Below, in pieces: positions 25,531 through 39,885 of a DNA stretch of 64,000 nucleotides. The DNA lies in assembly GCA_951406725.2 (NCBI GenBank), contig CATOCA020000001.1:3782001-3846000 (forward strand). The letters are read 5' to 3'. Both the position numbers and the translations under genes were made by a program. The notes under the pieces were generated by a model. That model was not told where the DNA came from and did no database searches. It saw nothing but the letters and a program-made list of their open reading frames with translations. The DNA comes from Octopus vulgaris (Eukaryota). The stretch's first letter is position 1. The number at the start of each line of letters is the position of its first letter.

Positions 25531-27024
25531 TAAAAAAGAGAGAGAGAGAGCTCATCTGTACCCAAACCTTCAATAGTTTGATGTCCTATTTTCATAGGAG
25601 TGAGGGGAAGAGGGAGAGGAAAACATGCAGGGGCCTCTAAACTGTTTAACGTATTTGTATCTGAGAAAGTCTCCAGTATTCTTGATGCCTTCTGCAAAAA
25701 GTGAAAGATAAAAAAGGAAATTGGAAAAAAAAAACTAATTGTCTTCCAGTATCTGTGTGTGTGTCTGTGTGCGTGTGTGTGTGTGTCTGTGTGTGTTTGT
25801 GTGTGATGCAATGTGATATAAATAACCATGCCTATAAGTTTCTTTAATATAAAACTGAAGTGAATATTAATGATAATATTAAATGATAATATTAAATGAC
25901 ATAATTTCATTGTGAAGGAGGTTTAATCTTTAATGTTTTCAGTCTCCTCCACCACACTACTTGTTTAGCCACCGGGCAGAAGAAACTGCTTTTCCTTCCC
26001 GGCCTAAAGAAGGTGGCGGGGCGATCTTTACAATGAACTCGGCTCGTAAACTGGACGAACGACTGCATGCAGGACTATTTCATCGGCCTGCGCACACCCC
26101 CTACATATCCGTCCGACAACACTTTCGTATCTGTAGAGCTTGTCTTGAATCGGCAGAGCTCCCCGGTAGCACTGCCAGGCCAGGGATTTCTGGAAGTTAA
26201 AGACCAGTTAGTTGATTCCCTCCACCAACGCCCAGAATTTACCCCGATTTCGTCGTTGTTCTTTCCCCTCTACTAATCCCCTATAGAAATCCATGGTGGA
26301 ACTTTCAACGCCCGCGTTGCCGACTGGCAGAAAGCTGTGAGAGCTTGCCGACACTCCAGGTGCCAAGCGCCCTTTCTTGGCCAACGCTTGACTCAGTACT
26401 GTAGCTTCTTCAGTGAGACGAGCTGCGGAAAGTCCCGTTTGACAAACAGTCAATCCCCCATGCTCACCGTTAAAGAAACGCAGGAGATGTCTCCGTCTCA
26501 GCGCATGTCTGCAAATCATTAACGACGGCATGTCCAGTACTCCACTGAGAGGTTGTTGACAGCAGATAGAACGTCTGATGAGCGGAACACGTCCCTTCTT
26601 TAGAAAGCGGAATAACAAACGCTCTAACTTTATCGGGCATGGGACTACATTCAGGCAGTCATGACGGAAGCGAGGTACGCATTAGGCATCTCGATTCGAC
26701 CCTTAACGAACAGCTTCCTCTCTGCCAATTTCTGTGTGAGATCGACTATCCTGTTCGTCACCTCCCACCCGTTGTTGTCCACCTCAAGGTCAAGAGCAAA
26801 CCAGACCCCAAGTAGTTTAACCTGTCTTTCCATTTAGGACCCTAAAAACTGTCGGTTGGTATGGGTCTGCCTCTCCATCTGCCGATTTGCAGGCCCACCG
26901 ACTTCTCTTGGATAAGCTTTGCTCGTATCACCGCTTCGTGGACAGTATTATGATGACGTAGTCCGTGTTAGCTGATACGAACATTCCTCATCCTAAGACA
27001 TATATATATATATATATATATATA

Positions 27025-28451
27025 CAATATGTTACATTACTCGGTAGTCAAGATAAAACTCTGAGTTTCAGATGCCGAAGTGGAAATCCACAACACCATC
27101 TCTTCGGTTATCTGGCTATTTGAAAACGTTATGAAAAAATACCGTTAAATAAAGGGAAATTGCTCTGTTATAACTCTGCTTGCCTGCGTACTTATACATC
27201 GCTCGCATTTTTCGTCATAAAAATTATATAAAAATACATAAAAAATATATAAAAAATATTTAAAAATATATAAATTCTTCTTGGGGCATAACATAGAAAG
27301 CATGTTCTATCTGTTTTCTTTAGGGGACCAAAAACGTAACAGAAATTTAGTCACATGTGGGCATGATCCGAAAAGCTCTGTCCTTGTATTTAGACATGTA
27401 GTAGGGTCTAAGCTGCTTTTCCAGATAAGCCATCTCTCCATGTCGCATAGACCGCACCTTCCGCTGCCGTTAGTATAGGGCTTACATCTGGCCAAAATCT
27501 TCCATTGTATGTTATAATCGACACCTTTATCTCTTAAAGACCAAATATGATTAGACAATTGTGTCGCTTTTCTTTTGTTCCAGTGCTTAAAGCTCAAAGT
27601 GTGGTTATTGAACCTGGTCTTGAAATTACCCTCTGTAAGGCCCACGTATTTCTTCGTCGAAACGGTGTCTTTAGTGGTTATAGAGTTTACGGTAGCTTCA
27701 TATATGATGGTCTTGGACATGCAAGCTCCATTTAGCGGGCACAATTCTTTATTCCTGCATGAACAGCTGTTTTCTTCTTGTGTTTTTTGTATGTTATGTT
27801 TGATTATGTTTTTAAAATTGATAGTTGAACTAAAACTAATTTTTAAATTGTGTCTATTGAAGAGTTTCCTATAATTATGGTTAACTGGAAAATGTCTATC
27901 TATCAGTGCTAGGAAATATTTACCTATATTGAAGGCCACCTCGGGTGAGTAAGGGGGCGTAAACCAGATTACCTTCCTATTTCTATTATTCCTTTTCCTT
28001 ACTGTTGGGCTAGTGATAGGTGTATATTTTATTTATCGCTAAAACCACTATCTTTTAAAGCCTTATTATAAACTGGAGCAACGCTATTAAAGATGTCCTC
28101 ATCAGATGAGAGGCTAGAAATCCTCTTACTAATATTTTTAACTAAATTTTTGAATACTATAGAGGGATGGCATGGACCTACATTAATATAACTTAGTCTA
28201 TCATTGGGCTTCCTATAAGGCTTATAAATATTCTTATTAAGATCTAAGGAAACGTCTAAGAAATTGACAACCGTCAGGTTAGTATCTATAGTTATACTAA
28301 GTCCGAAGTGTTTCATTAACTGGATAATATCCTTCCTAAAACGATCTTGTGCCGGTCCATTTGAATTAGCTGTTAAGCGAGGGCCTTTTTTCTTATTCTT
28401 AATAGCTTTAAACCAGTTTACGACTTCTATACTATTGGACCATTGTACTAG

Positions 28452-28453
<2 letters not shown>
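27025..28453 (-). mobile_element. 5'-truncated Penelope-like element (RT C-terminus, GIY-YIG endonuclease, pLTR) inserted in (TA)n
   Basis: VNFLDVSLDL..YKPYRKPND..YIN; CSCRNKELCPLNGAC..IIYEATV..YVGLTEGNFKTRFNNH..LSNHIWSL..WKIL..PY..CGLCDMER. Flanked by (TA)n; paralogous sites carry only (TA)n or a SINE piece. Confidence 0.92.
27051..27113 (-). ncRNA. Hammerhead-like motif in the Penelope pLTR (U4C variant)
   Basis: agataa-CCGAAGA-gatg...catc-t-GAAA-ctcagag-UU-ttatct: perfect 6-bp stem I, stems II and III present, core deviates from CUGANGA. Confidence 0.55.
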
Positions 28454-28503
<50 letters not shown>

Positions 28504-29001
28504 GTCTGTATTTCTAATTATATAATTTCGATTTGAAAAGTTTCAGTCAGCCGTTTATGATGATTGGCGGTAGAAGTGGAAGAGTTAAAATGAGAGAGGG
28601 GGAGAAGTAGTGATTGAAGCAAGAGAGAGTGGGGAAAGAAGATGAGGAGGGTTGATGTGTACGATTTTCAGTGTATGTGTATTTGTCTGTGTGTGTGATG
28701 CAATTAGATACATAACCCTGCCTAAGCGTTTATTTAATATGAAACTGGAGGGAATATCGCATTAACGATTGCGTTAAATCACATAATTCTACTGTGAAGA
28801 AGTGAGTGAAACATTAGACAAGGCGGGGAAAGTTGGCAGAATTTCAAGTATGTCAGGCGAAATGCTAAGCGATATCTATTCTGCCGTTAAGAGGCCCATC
28901 AAAGCTGTAATGTAAAACAAAAGTCAACCTGACATTCGACAAGTGAACACATTCCAAATAACTTATATATGTGTGTGTGTGTATGTGTGTCTATGAATGC
29001 A

Positions 29002-29057
<56 letters not shown>

Positions 29058-29265
29058 CATATGCAATAAATCTGAAATATCCAAACTTGCATCTACAAAT
29101 ACATAATATATACATACAAACTCTTACATACATACATGCAAACACACACACATACACGCACATATATAAACATATAAACTCCTACATTAATATATATGTT
29201 GCGTTATTTGTTTATTTACCTTTCATTTTTTTATTTGAAGTATATGAACACACCGCACACAATTA

Positions 29266-29317
<52 letters not shown>

Positions 29318-29648
29318 TATTTGTGTGTGCGTGTGTGTGTGTAAATATAGATTGACGTCTTTATTTCTCATTATATGAATCCGATATGAAAAGTTTGCGT
29401 CAGCAGTCAAAGATGAGTGTTGATAGTGGAAGAGTGTAAATGAGAGAGGGGAAAGAAAGTGATAGAGAGAGAGAGAGAGAGAGAGGGAGGGAGAAAGAAG
29501 AAAAAGAGGGTTTTTGTGTGTGTGTGTGTGTGTGTGTATATGCGTAACTGTATGAGACTGTTTGCATCAGCGGAACTGAAATTAACTTGAAATAATCTAA
29601 GTACTATTTTACAAATTGTGATATATCTGTGTATGTGTATATATGTAT

Positions 29649-29738
<90 letters not shown>

Positions 29739-29853
29739 ATACGCACACACAGTTATCAGAATTATATATACGTATGTATTCATGTATATGTATATATCTA
29801 TATATACATATATATATATATATATATTTATTTATTTTATACATTCATGCACA

Positions 29854-29916
<63 letters not shown>

Positions 29917-30931
29917 CGAATCACTGAAATCTGAAATATTATGAGAAGAAATTTACCAAAAAATTTCAACCATGATAAAACATTATTGCCTTGCTGATGC
30001 ATTCCATGAAATGGCACAAAAGACGCAAATCTACATAGAAACACTTTATTCCCTTCTTACATACCAACACCAAAATGAGAACCAAAGCAGAACTCCAGAA
30101 ACGGATATCCATAACCTAAATTCAACCACACAAGACGTACTAAAAGAATTGAATGAACTCAGCTTGGAAAAAGGAGACATACAAAAAGAGAAATCAAATG
30201 AAAAACATCCGGGTTAAGATATTAAATAAAAGAAACCAAGCTTATTGCAGAGCCCTAAACAATGAAAACCTAGCCAACACTTATGAACAGTGGAGGGGCA
30301 GAGAAGAAGTAATACTCTCAAGAAACTTACGTATCAAAGAAATAACGTCAGAAGCAAAGGAAGAAACAAAAAATATTTGAGAAAAATCGTTTAAAAGCGA
30401 CATTAACCGGAAATGATCAAAATATTGTTATTCGATCAGACGACAGATATTTCATGTTTTAGAATCAATCTCACTTTTGCTCGATAACTATTGATCATCG
30501 ATCTCTTCCAAAATACAATGTCTAAAGCCAACATTATAATGAAGTACATTTCTAAATTCTTTGTTAGACCCTCCAGTGTTCACATTGTCATCCACCACTC
30601 TCTTCGTGAAGAATCTCTGAAGTTTAAGCTGGATGTGCTAGAAATAGCAGCCAAATCAATAACGATAATAATTTACATGGTATATATAATTATTGACATG
30701 GAAGCAAACGACACATATTCATTTAACAATAGTTCGTATCAGAAAATTACGTTTGTGAAATAAAGTATATGATAGAGAAATTATAACAATTCTGAAGAGG
30801 AATTAAAGGTTTTAGCAGCTTTAAAGTTATGGGAAAAGAATTTTCTTTATCAAAGTAGCAATATTTTATACGAATGAAGGATGACAGGCGAGGATTTTGT
30901 GGTGTGAAGGGTCTTCAATTGTATATGTCCT

Positions 30932-30990
<59 letters not shown>

Positions 30991-31303
30991 CCCTGCACTG
31001 AGATATATAACTCTGCCCAAGTATTGCTTTGATATAACGATTATAATAATTGACACATAATTATATTCCAAACTTCAACAGCTCATCTGTACCCAAACAT
31101 TCAATAGTTTGATGTCCTATTTTTATAGGAGTGAGGGGAAGAGGGAGAGGAAGACATGCAGGGGTCTCTAAACTGTTTAATGTATTTGTATCTCAGATAG
31201 TCTCCAGTATTCTGGATGCCTTCTGTAAAAAGTGAAAGGTAAAAATAAATTGAAAATATAAAGCTAATTATCTGCCGGTATCTGTGTGTGTGTATGTGTA
31301 TGT

Positions 31304-31344
<41 letters not shown>

Positions 31345-32550
31345 TGTGTGATGCAATGAGATACATAACCATGCCAATAAGTTTCTTTAATATAAAACTG
31401 AAGTGAATATTAATGATAATATTAAATGATAATATCAAATGACATAATTTCATTGTGAAAGAGGTTTAGTCTTTAATGTTTTCAGTCTGGTCCACCACAC
31501 TACTTGTTTAGCCACCGGGCAGAAGAAACTGCTTTTCCTTCCCGGCCTAAAGAAGGTGGCGGGGCGATCTTTACAATGAACTCGGCTCGTAGACTGGATG
31601 GACGAGTGCATGCAGGACTATTTCATCGCCCTGCGAACACCCCCGACATATCCGTCCGACAACACTTTCGTATCTGTAGAGCTTGTCTTGAATCGGCAGA
31701 GCTCCCCGGTAGCACTGCCAGGCCAGGGATTTCTGGAAGTTAAGGACCAGTTAGTTGATACCCTCCACCAACGCCCAGAATTTACCCCGATTTCGTCGTT
31801 GTTCTTTCCCCTCTACTAATCCCCTATAGAAATCCATGGTGGAACTTTCAACGCCCGCGTTGCCCGACAGGCAGAAAGCTGTGAGAGCTTGCCGACACTC
31901 CAGGTGCCAAGCGCCCTTTCTTGGCCAACGCTTGACTCAGTACTGTAGCTTCTTCAGTGAGACGAGCCGCGGAATGTCCCGTTTGACAAACAGTCATTCC
32001 CCTATTCTCACCGCTAAAGAAACAAAGGAGCTGTCGCAGTCTCAGCGCATGTCTGCGAATCATTAGCAACGGCATGTCCAGTACTCCACTGAGAGGTTGT
32101 TGACAGAAGATGGACCGTCTGATGAGCGGAACACGTCCCTTGTTTAGAAATCGGAATAACAAACGCTCTAACTTTATCGGGCATGGGACTACAGTCAGGC
32201 AGTCATAGATGACGGAAGCGATGTACGCATTCGCCACCTCGACTCGACCCTTCACGAACAGCTTCCTCTCTGCCAACTTCTGGGTGAGATCGACTATCCT
32301 GTTCGTCACCTTCCACCGTTGTTGTCCAACCCGAGGTCAAGAGCAAACCAGACCCCAAGCAGTTTAACCTGTCTTTCCGTCTAGCGCCCTACAAACTGTC
32401 GGTTGGTATGGGTCTGCCTCTCCAACTGCCGATTTGCAGGCCCACCGACTTCTCTTGGACGAGCTTTGCTCCTATCAACGCTTCGTGGACAGTATTATGA
32501 TGACACAGTCCGTGTTAGCTGATACGAACATTCCACATCCTAAGACACAC

Positions 32551-32582
<32 letters not shown>

Positions 32583-32589
32583 GTATATA

Positions 32590-32637
<48 letters not shown>

Positions 32638-32774
32638 GCGGTTCGGCAAAAAGGACCGATGGAATAAGTACTGGGCTTACAAATAATAAGTCCCGGGGTC
32701 GATTTGCTCGACTAAAGGCGGTGCTCCAGCATGGCCGAAATCAAATGACTGAAACAAGTAAAAGAGTTAAAAGT

Positions 32775-32831
<57 letters not shown>

Positions 32832-33172
32832 CTGTATTTCTAATTATATTATTTCGGTTTGAAAAGTTTCAGTCAGCAGATTATGATGATTGGCGGTAGA
32901 AGTGGAAGAGTTAAAATGTGAGAGTGGGGAGAGGGAGTGATAGAAGAGAGAGAGGTGAAAGAAGAAGAGGAGAGTTGATGTGTACGATTTTGAGTGTGTG
33001 TGTGTGTGTGTGTCTGTGTGTATGAAGCAATTAGATACACAACCCTGCCTAAGCTTTTCTTTAATATGAAATTGAAGGGAATATCACATTAACCATTGCA
33101 TTAAATGACATAATTTTATTGTAAAGAAGTGAGTGAAAAGTTTAGCCGGAAAAAAATTCCAATAATAATAAT

Positions 33173-33263
<91 letters not shown>

Positions 33264-33380
33264 GTAATAATAATAATAATTATAATAATAATAATAATAG
33301 TAATAATAATAATAATAATAATATTAATAATAATAATGATAATGATAATAATACTAATAATAATAATAGTAATAATAATA

Positions 33381-34458
33381 TCTACTTCAGAAGGAAGGAA
33401 AACTGATCCAGATAGCGGCAAAACACGAGCAAAACAAAAAACTGTTCTCAGTATTTAAGGAAGCTGACAAATACAAACAGGAAATCATACCACCTAATAA
33501 ACATGAAGAAGAAGAAGATGAAGAAACAACAATAGCTATAAAACAAATGAAATCCAAACTAAAAATAGAACAGCAACGAACCATGATAAAACGATGGCAA
33601 GAAAAGCCCCTTCATGGTAAATACTGCACTAAACTAAACGCAAAAGAAATAGACAAAGAAAGATCCCAGCTATGGTTGAGAAGCTCAGGACTCAAAGCAG
33701 AAACAGAGGGATTTTTAATTGCAGCACAAGACCAAAGACTCCCCACCAGAAATTACCAAAAACATGTAATGAAAAGAAATATTACAAGTAACTGCAGAAT
33801 ATGTGGAGATGGACAAGAAACAATAAATCATATTATCTCTAGCTGTCCAGTCCTGGCTAAGAAGGAATATATTCACAGACATGACAGAGTTGGAACCTAC
33901 ATACATTGGAAGCTATGCCAACATTATGGAATAACAACAGAAAAAAGATGGTATAGGCACACACCAGAAAAGGTCACAGAAAACGAGAAAGCAACCATAC
34001 TCTGGGATATGCCGATACACACAGATAGAGAAATTAAGGCCAACAGACCAGATATAGTTGTCAGAGATCATGAAGAAAAAAATGCTTTCTAATTGATGTA
34101 TCAATACCGGCTGATGCCAACGTGTCTCTAAAAGAAATGGAGAAACTCTCAAAATACAAAGACCTGGAAATAGAGGTAACTAGGTTGTGGAATCTGAAAA
34201 CAGAAACAATTCCTATCATAGTAGGTGCATTAGGCATGATACAAAAATATTCAGACAAATACATAACAAAAACACCAGGACTTACAAACACATATAACAT
34301 ACAGAAAATTGCACTACTAGGCACTGCCCACATCCTACGCAGAACACTTTCCATACAATAACCATCAGAGCATCACAACAAATCACAGCACATACCCAAG
34401 GCACACAGAGCTGCGCTCGGTAGTGAAGTGAAAGCACGATATAAAAATAAAACTACTG
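33381..34458 (+). mobile_element. R4/Dong-clade LINE 3' fragment (left arm of palindrome 1)
   Basis: LHGKY..ETEGFLIAAQDQ..CRICGDGQETINHIISSC (CCHC), RHD, RPDIVV..IDV..EKLSKY (restriction-like endonuclease); flanked by (TAA)n. Confidence 0.92.
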
Positions 34459-34506
<48 letters not shown>

Positions 34507-34583
34507 TATTATTATTATTATTACTATTATTATTAATATTAGTATTATTATCATTATCATCATTATTATTATTATTATTATTA

Positions 34584-34622
<39 letters not shown>

Positions 34623-34652
34623 TTTGTTATTATTAATATTATTATTATTATT

Positions 34653-36552
34653 CAGTAGTTTTATTTTTATAGCGTGCTTTCACTTCACTACCGAGCGCAG
34701 CTCTGTGTGCCTTGGGTATGTGCTGTGATTTGTTGTGATGCTCTGATGGTTATTGTAGTGAAAGTGCTCTGCGTAGGATGTGTGCAGTGCCTAATAGTGC
34801 AATTTTCTGTATGATATATGTGTTTGTAAGTCCTGGTGTTTTTGTTATGTATTTGTCTGAATATTTTTTTATCATGCCTAATGCACCTACTATGATAGGA
34901 ATTGTTTCTGTTTTCAGATTCCACATTCTAGTTACCTCTATTTCCAGGTCTTTGTATTTTGAGAGTTTCTCCATTTCTTTTAGAGACACGTTGTCATCTG
35001 CCGGTATTGATACATCAATTAGAAAGCATTTTTTTCTTCATGATCTCTGACAACTATATCTGGTCTGATGGCCTTAATTTCTCTATCTGTGTGTATCGGC
35101 ATATCCCAGAGTATTGTTGCTTTCTCGTTTTCTGTAACCTTTTCTGGTGTGTGCCTATACCATCTTTTTTCTGTTGTTATTCCATAATGTTGGCATAGCT
35201 TCCAGTGTATGTAGGTTCCAACTCTGTCATGTCTGTGAATATATTCCTTCTTAGCCAGGACTGGGCAGCTAGAGATAATATGATTTATTGTTTCTTGTCC
35301 ATCTCCACATATTCTGCAGTTACTTGTAATATTTCTTTTCATTACATGTTTTTGGTAATTTCTGGTGGGGAGGCTTTGGTCTTGTGCTGCAATTAAAAAT
35401 CCCTCTGTTTCTGCTTTGAGTCCTGAGCTTCTCAACCATTGCTGGGATCTTTCTTTGTCTATTTCTTTTGCGTTTAGTTTAGTCCAGTATTTACCATGAA
35501 GGGGCTTTTCTTGCCATCGTTTTATCATGGTTCGTTGCTGTTCTATTTTTAGTTTGGATTTCATTTGTTTTATAGCTTTTGTTGTTTCTTCATCATCTTC
35601 TTCTTCTTCTTCTTCGTGTTTATTAGGTGGTATGATTTCCTGTTTGTATTTGTCAGCTTCCTTAAATACTGAGAACAGTTTTTTGTTTTGCTCGTGTTTT
35701 GCTGCTATCTGGATCAGTTTTCCTTCCTTCTGAAGTAGGTATTTTTGCAGTCCTATGGTGGTTATTTTATAGTAGTTTTCCAGCTGTATAAGGCCTCTAC
35801 CACCTTCTATACGTTGTATATATAGTCTTTCTATGTCAGATTTTGGGTGATGCATCCTAGATCCTGTCAGTATTTTTCTTGTTTTCCTATCTATTTTGGA
35901 CAGTTCATTTCGTGTCCAGTTAAGGATATTGTAGCTGTAACTTATAACTGGGACAGCTAAAGTGTTGATACCTATTATCTTGTTTTTAGCATTGAGCTCT
36001 GTTTTTAGTATTGATCTAACTCGTCTATAATATTCTTTTTTTATTTTCTCTTTCATTTGTGTGTGTTGTGTCTTATCTAGTTCATGGATTCCTAAGTATT
36101 TGTAAGTTTGGCTTTGGTCTAATGCTTTTATTTCATTGGTTTTATCTAGTGTGATGTTGTTACTCTTAACTAGTTTTCCTCTTTTCATGGTTACTTTGGC
36201 GCATTTTTCTAATCCAAATTTCATATCTGTTTCTTTGGTAAATCCATGAACTGTCTTTAATAGTGTTTCCAGCTGTTTGTCATTTGCAGCGTATAGTTTT
36301 AGGTCATCCATATATAAAAGGTGGCTGATCGTTTTGCCGTAACATTTATATCCGCTCCAGTTCTATTTAGCATATCAGATAGAGGTGACAGTGCCAAGCA
36401 GAAAAGGAGTGGAGAGAGCGTGTCTCCCTGGAATATTCCTCTTCTGATGGGGATGTCTTTGGTTTTCATGAGTCCCTCTTTTGTTTGGAGATGTAGGACT
36501 GTTTGCCATTTATTCATAGAGTGCTCTATGAATTTTATGATTGTTGGTGCTA
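34653..36552 (-). mobile_element. R4/Dong-clade LINE, longer 5'-truncated copy (right arm of palindrome 1)
   Basis: GIFQGDTLSPLLF, YMDDLKLYA and FGLEKC (RT), then CCHC and REL motifs; (TAA)n on both sides. Confidence 0.93.
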
Positions 36553-36564
36553 CTATTATTATTA

Positions 36565-36635
<71 letters not shown>

Positions 36636-39288
36636 TGCCAATAGGGCAGTCATATGGGAGAAGATACAGTAGAAAATGCGGTGAGAGCTGGCAGAATCTT
36701 CAGGACGTCGGGCGAAATGCTTAGCGGTATTTCTTCTGCCGTTACCTTCTGAGTTCAAATTCCTCCGAGGTCGACTTTGCCTTTCATCCTTTCGGGGTCG
36801 ATTAAAGAAGTACTAGTTACGCACTGTGGTCGATATAATCAACTTAATCCGTTTGTCTGTCCTTGTTTGTCCTCTCTGTGTTTACCCCCTTGTGGGTAGT
36901 AAAGAAACAGGATACAGTAGACATGGACAGTGGAGAATTAACGCTGAGACAACGAGTACACAGTTAAAAGAATAACAATGATATCCGACAAAAGAATATA
37001 ACAATGAAAGTTCGTAATAGGTGCAGGTAATCTCCTGGAGTTGGATCAGGTACCCACACCCCAATCCTGAACCACTCGACGTTTCGAGGGCATCTGGGAA
37101 GAGCACTCTCCTCCCTCTCAAATTCATTAGCCCACAGGTGCGTTATTAGAGTAGGTCCACTCACACATACCATTTTCGCTATTCATCCACCTTTGGCAAA
37201 CGTACTGGGAGGCGGCACTTCACTCTGCACTCTCATCTTCCTTTCCAAAGGAAATTTGAGAAAGTTGACGAGTGATTGGCCGTAGAGAAAAGTCTCTGCC
37301 TTTAGTCCTTTTAACCTGATCCACAATACAGCCTCTTTCGCTACTGTTATAAGAATCGAAGTAAATTGTGTCACCTTCCGGAATGATGGAAAGCGGCTGA
37401 GCGATCTTCACTACGGACTCGGCCGATAGATAGAACAACCCTACACGTGATAACAGCTGTTCAACATAACTCCACATGTCAGTAATGCAAGGACACTGGA
37501 CGAGTGCGTGCAGAACGCTTTCATCGCTCTGCGCACCTCTCGGGTAGGTCGGTCAGACAGCACTTCCGTGCTTGTAGAGTTTATCTCGATCCGGCAGTAC
37601 CCCCCGATGCTGGTGTGTTTACGTCCCTGTAACTTAGCGTTTCGGCAAAAGAGACCGACAGAATAAGTACTAGGCTTACAAAGAATAAGTCCTGGGGTCG
37701 ATTTACTCGACCAGAGGTCGTGCTCCAGCACGGCCACATTCAAATCACAGAAACAAGTAAAAGAGTAAAAAGAGAGAGAGAGAGAGATCTCATCTGTACC
37801 CAAACCTTCAATAGTTTGATGTCCTATTTTCATAGGAGTGAGGGGAAGAGGGAGAGGAAAACATGCAGGGGCCTCTAAACTGTTTAACGTATTTGTATCT
37901 GAGAAAGTCTCCAGTATTCTTGATGCCTTCTGCAAAAAGTGAAAGATAAAAAAGGAAATTGAAAAAAAAACTAATTGTCTTCCAGTATCTGTGTGTGTGT
38001 CTGTGTGCGTGTGTGTGTGTGTGTCTGTGTGTGTTTGTGTGTGATGCAATGAGATACATAACCATGCCTATAAGTTTCTTTAATATAAAACTGAAGTGAA
38101 TATTAATGATAATATTAAATTATAATATTAAATGACATAATTTCATTGTGAAGGAGGTTTAGTCTTTAATGTTTTCAGTCTGGTCCACCACACTACTTGT
38201 TTAGCCACCGGGCAGAAGAAACTGCTTTTCCTTCCCGGCCTAAAGAAGGTGGCGGGGCGATCTTTACAATGAACTCGGCTCGTAAACTGGACGGATGAGT
38301 GCATGCAGGACTACTTCATCGCCCTGCGCACAACCCAAACATATCCGTCCGACAACACTTCCGAATCTGTTGAGCTTGTCTTGAATCGGCAGAGCTCCCC
38401 GGTAGCACCGCCAGGCCAGGGATTCCTGGAAGTTAAAGACCAGTTAGTTGATTCCCTCCACCAACGCCCAGAATTTACCCCGATTTCGTCGTTGTTCTTT
38501 CCCCTCTCCTAATCCCCTATAGAAATCTATAGTGGAACTATCAACGCCCGCGTTGCCCGACTGGCAGAAAGCTGTGAAAGCTTGCCGAGACTACAGGTGC
38601 CAAGCGCCCTTTCTTGGCCAACGCTCGACTCAGTACTGTAGCTTCTTCAGTGAGACGAGCTGCGGAAAGACCCGCTTCACAAACAGTCAATCCCCCATGC
38701 TCACCGTTAAAGAAACGCAGGAGATGTCGCAGTCTCAGCGTATGTCTGCGAATCATTAGCAACGACATGTCCAGTACTCCACTGAGAGGTTGTTGACAGC
38801 AGATGGACCGTCTGTTGAGCGGAACACGTCCCTTCTTTAGAAAGCAGAATAACAAACGCTCTAACTTTATCGAGCATGGGACTACATTCAGGCAGTCATA
38901 GATGACGGAAGGGATGTACGCATTCGCCACTTCGACTCGACCCTTCACGAACGGCTTCCTCTCTGCCAACTTCTGGGTGAGATCGACTATCCTGTTCGTC
39001 ACCTTCCACACGTTGTTGTCCACCCCGAGGTCAAGAGCAAACCAGAACCCAAGCAGTTTAACCTGTCTTTCCGTCTAGCGCCCTACAAACTGTCGGTTGG
39101 TATGGGTCTGCTTCTCCAACTGCCAATTTGCAGGCCCACCGACTTCTCTTGGATAAGCTTTGCTCCTATCAACGCTTCGTGGACAGTATTATGATGACAC
39201 AGTCCGTGTTAGCTGATACGAACATTCCACATCCTAAAACACATATATATATAAATATATATATATATATGTATATGTATATGTATAA

Positions 39289-39353
<65 letters not shown>

Positions 39354-39677
39354 CTGTATTTCTAATTATACTATTTCGATTTGAAAAGTTTCAGTCAGCA
39401 GTTTATGATGATTGGCGGTGGAAGTGGAATAGTTAAAATGAGAGAGTGGGGAGTGGGAGTGATAGAAGAGAGAGAGGCGAAAGAAGAGTAGGAGAGTTGA
39501 TGGGTACGATTGTGAGTGTGTGTGTGTGTGTCTGTGTGTGTGATGCAATTAGATACACAGCTCTGCCTATGCTTTTCTTTAATATAAAACTGAAGGGAAT
39601 ATCACATTAACTATTGCATTAATTGACATAATTTTATTGTAAAGAAGTGAGTGAAAAGTTTAGCCGGAAAAAATTCC

Positions 39678-39758
<81 letters not shown>

Positions 39759-39831
39759 TATTATTATTATTATTATTATAATAATAATGATAATAATAAT
39801 AAAAATAATAATGATAATAATAATAATAATA

Positions 39832-39885
<54 letters not shown>

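Noticed and set aside
30491-30763. 90-aa ORF identical at 48947-49219
   Set aside because: Non-ATG start, broken in the three other module-D copies; identity reflects recent duplication.
35019-36311. 430-aa ORF as an active retrotransposon or host gene
   Set aside because: 5'-truncated within RT and frameshifted on both sides, so non-autonomous.
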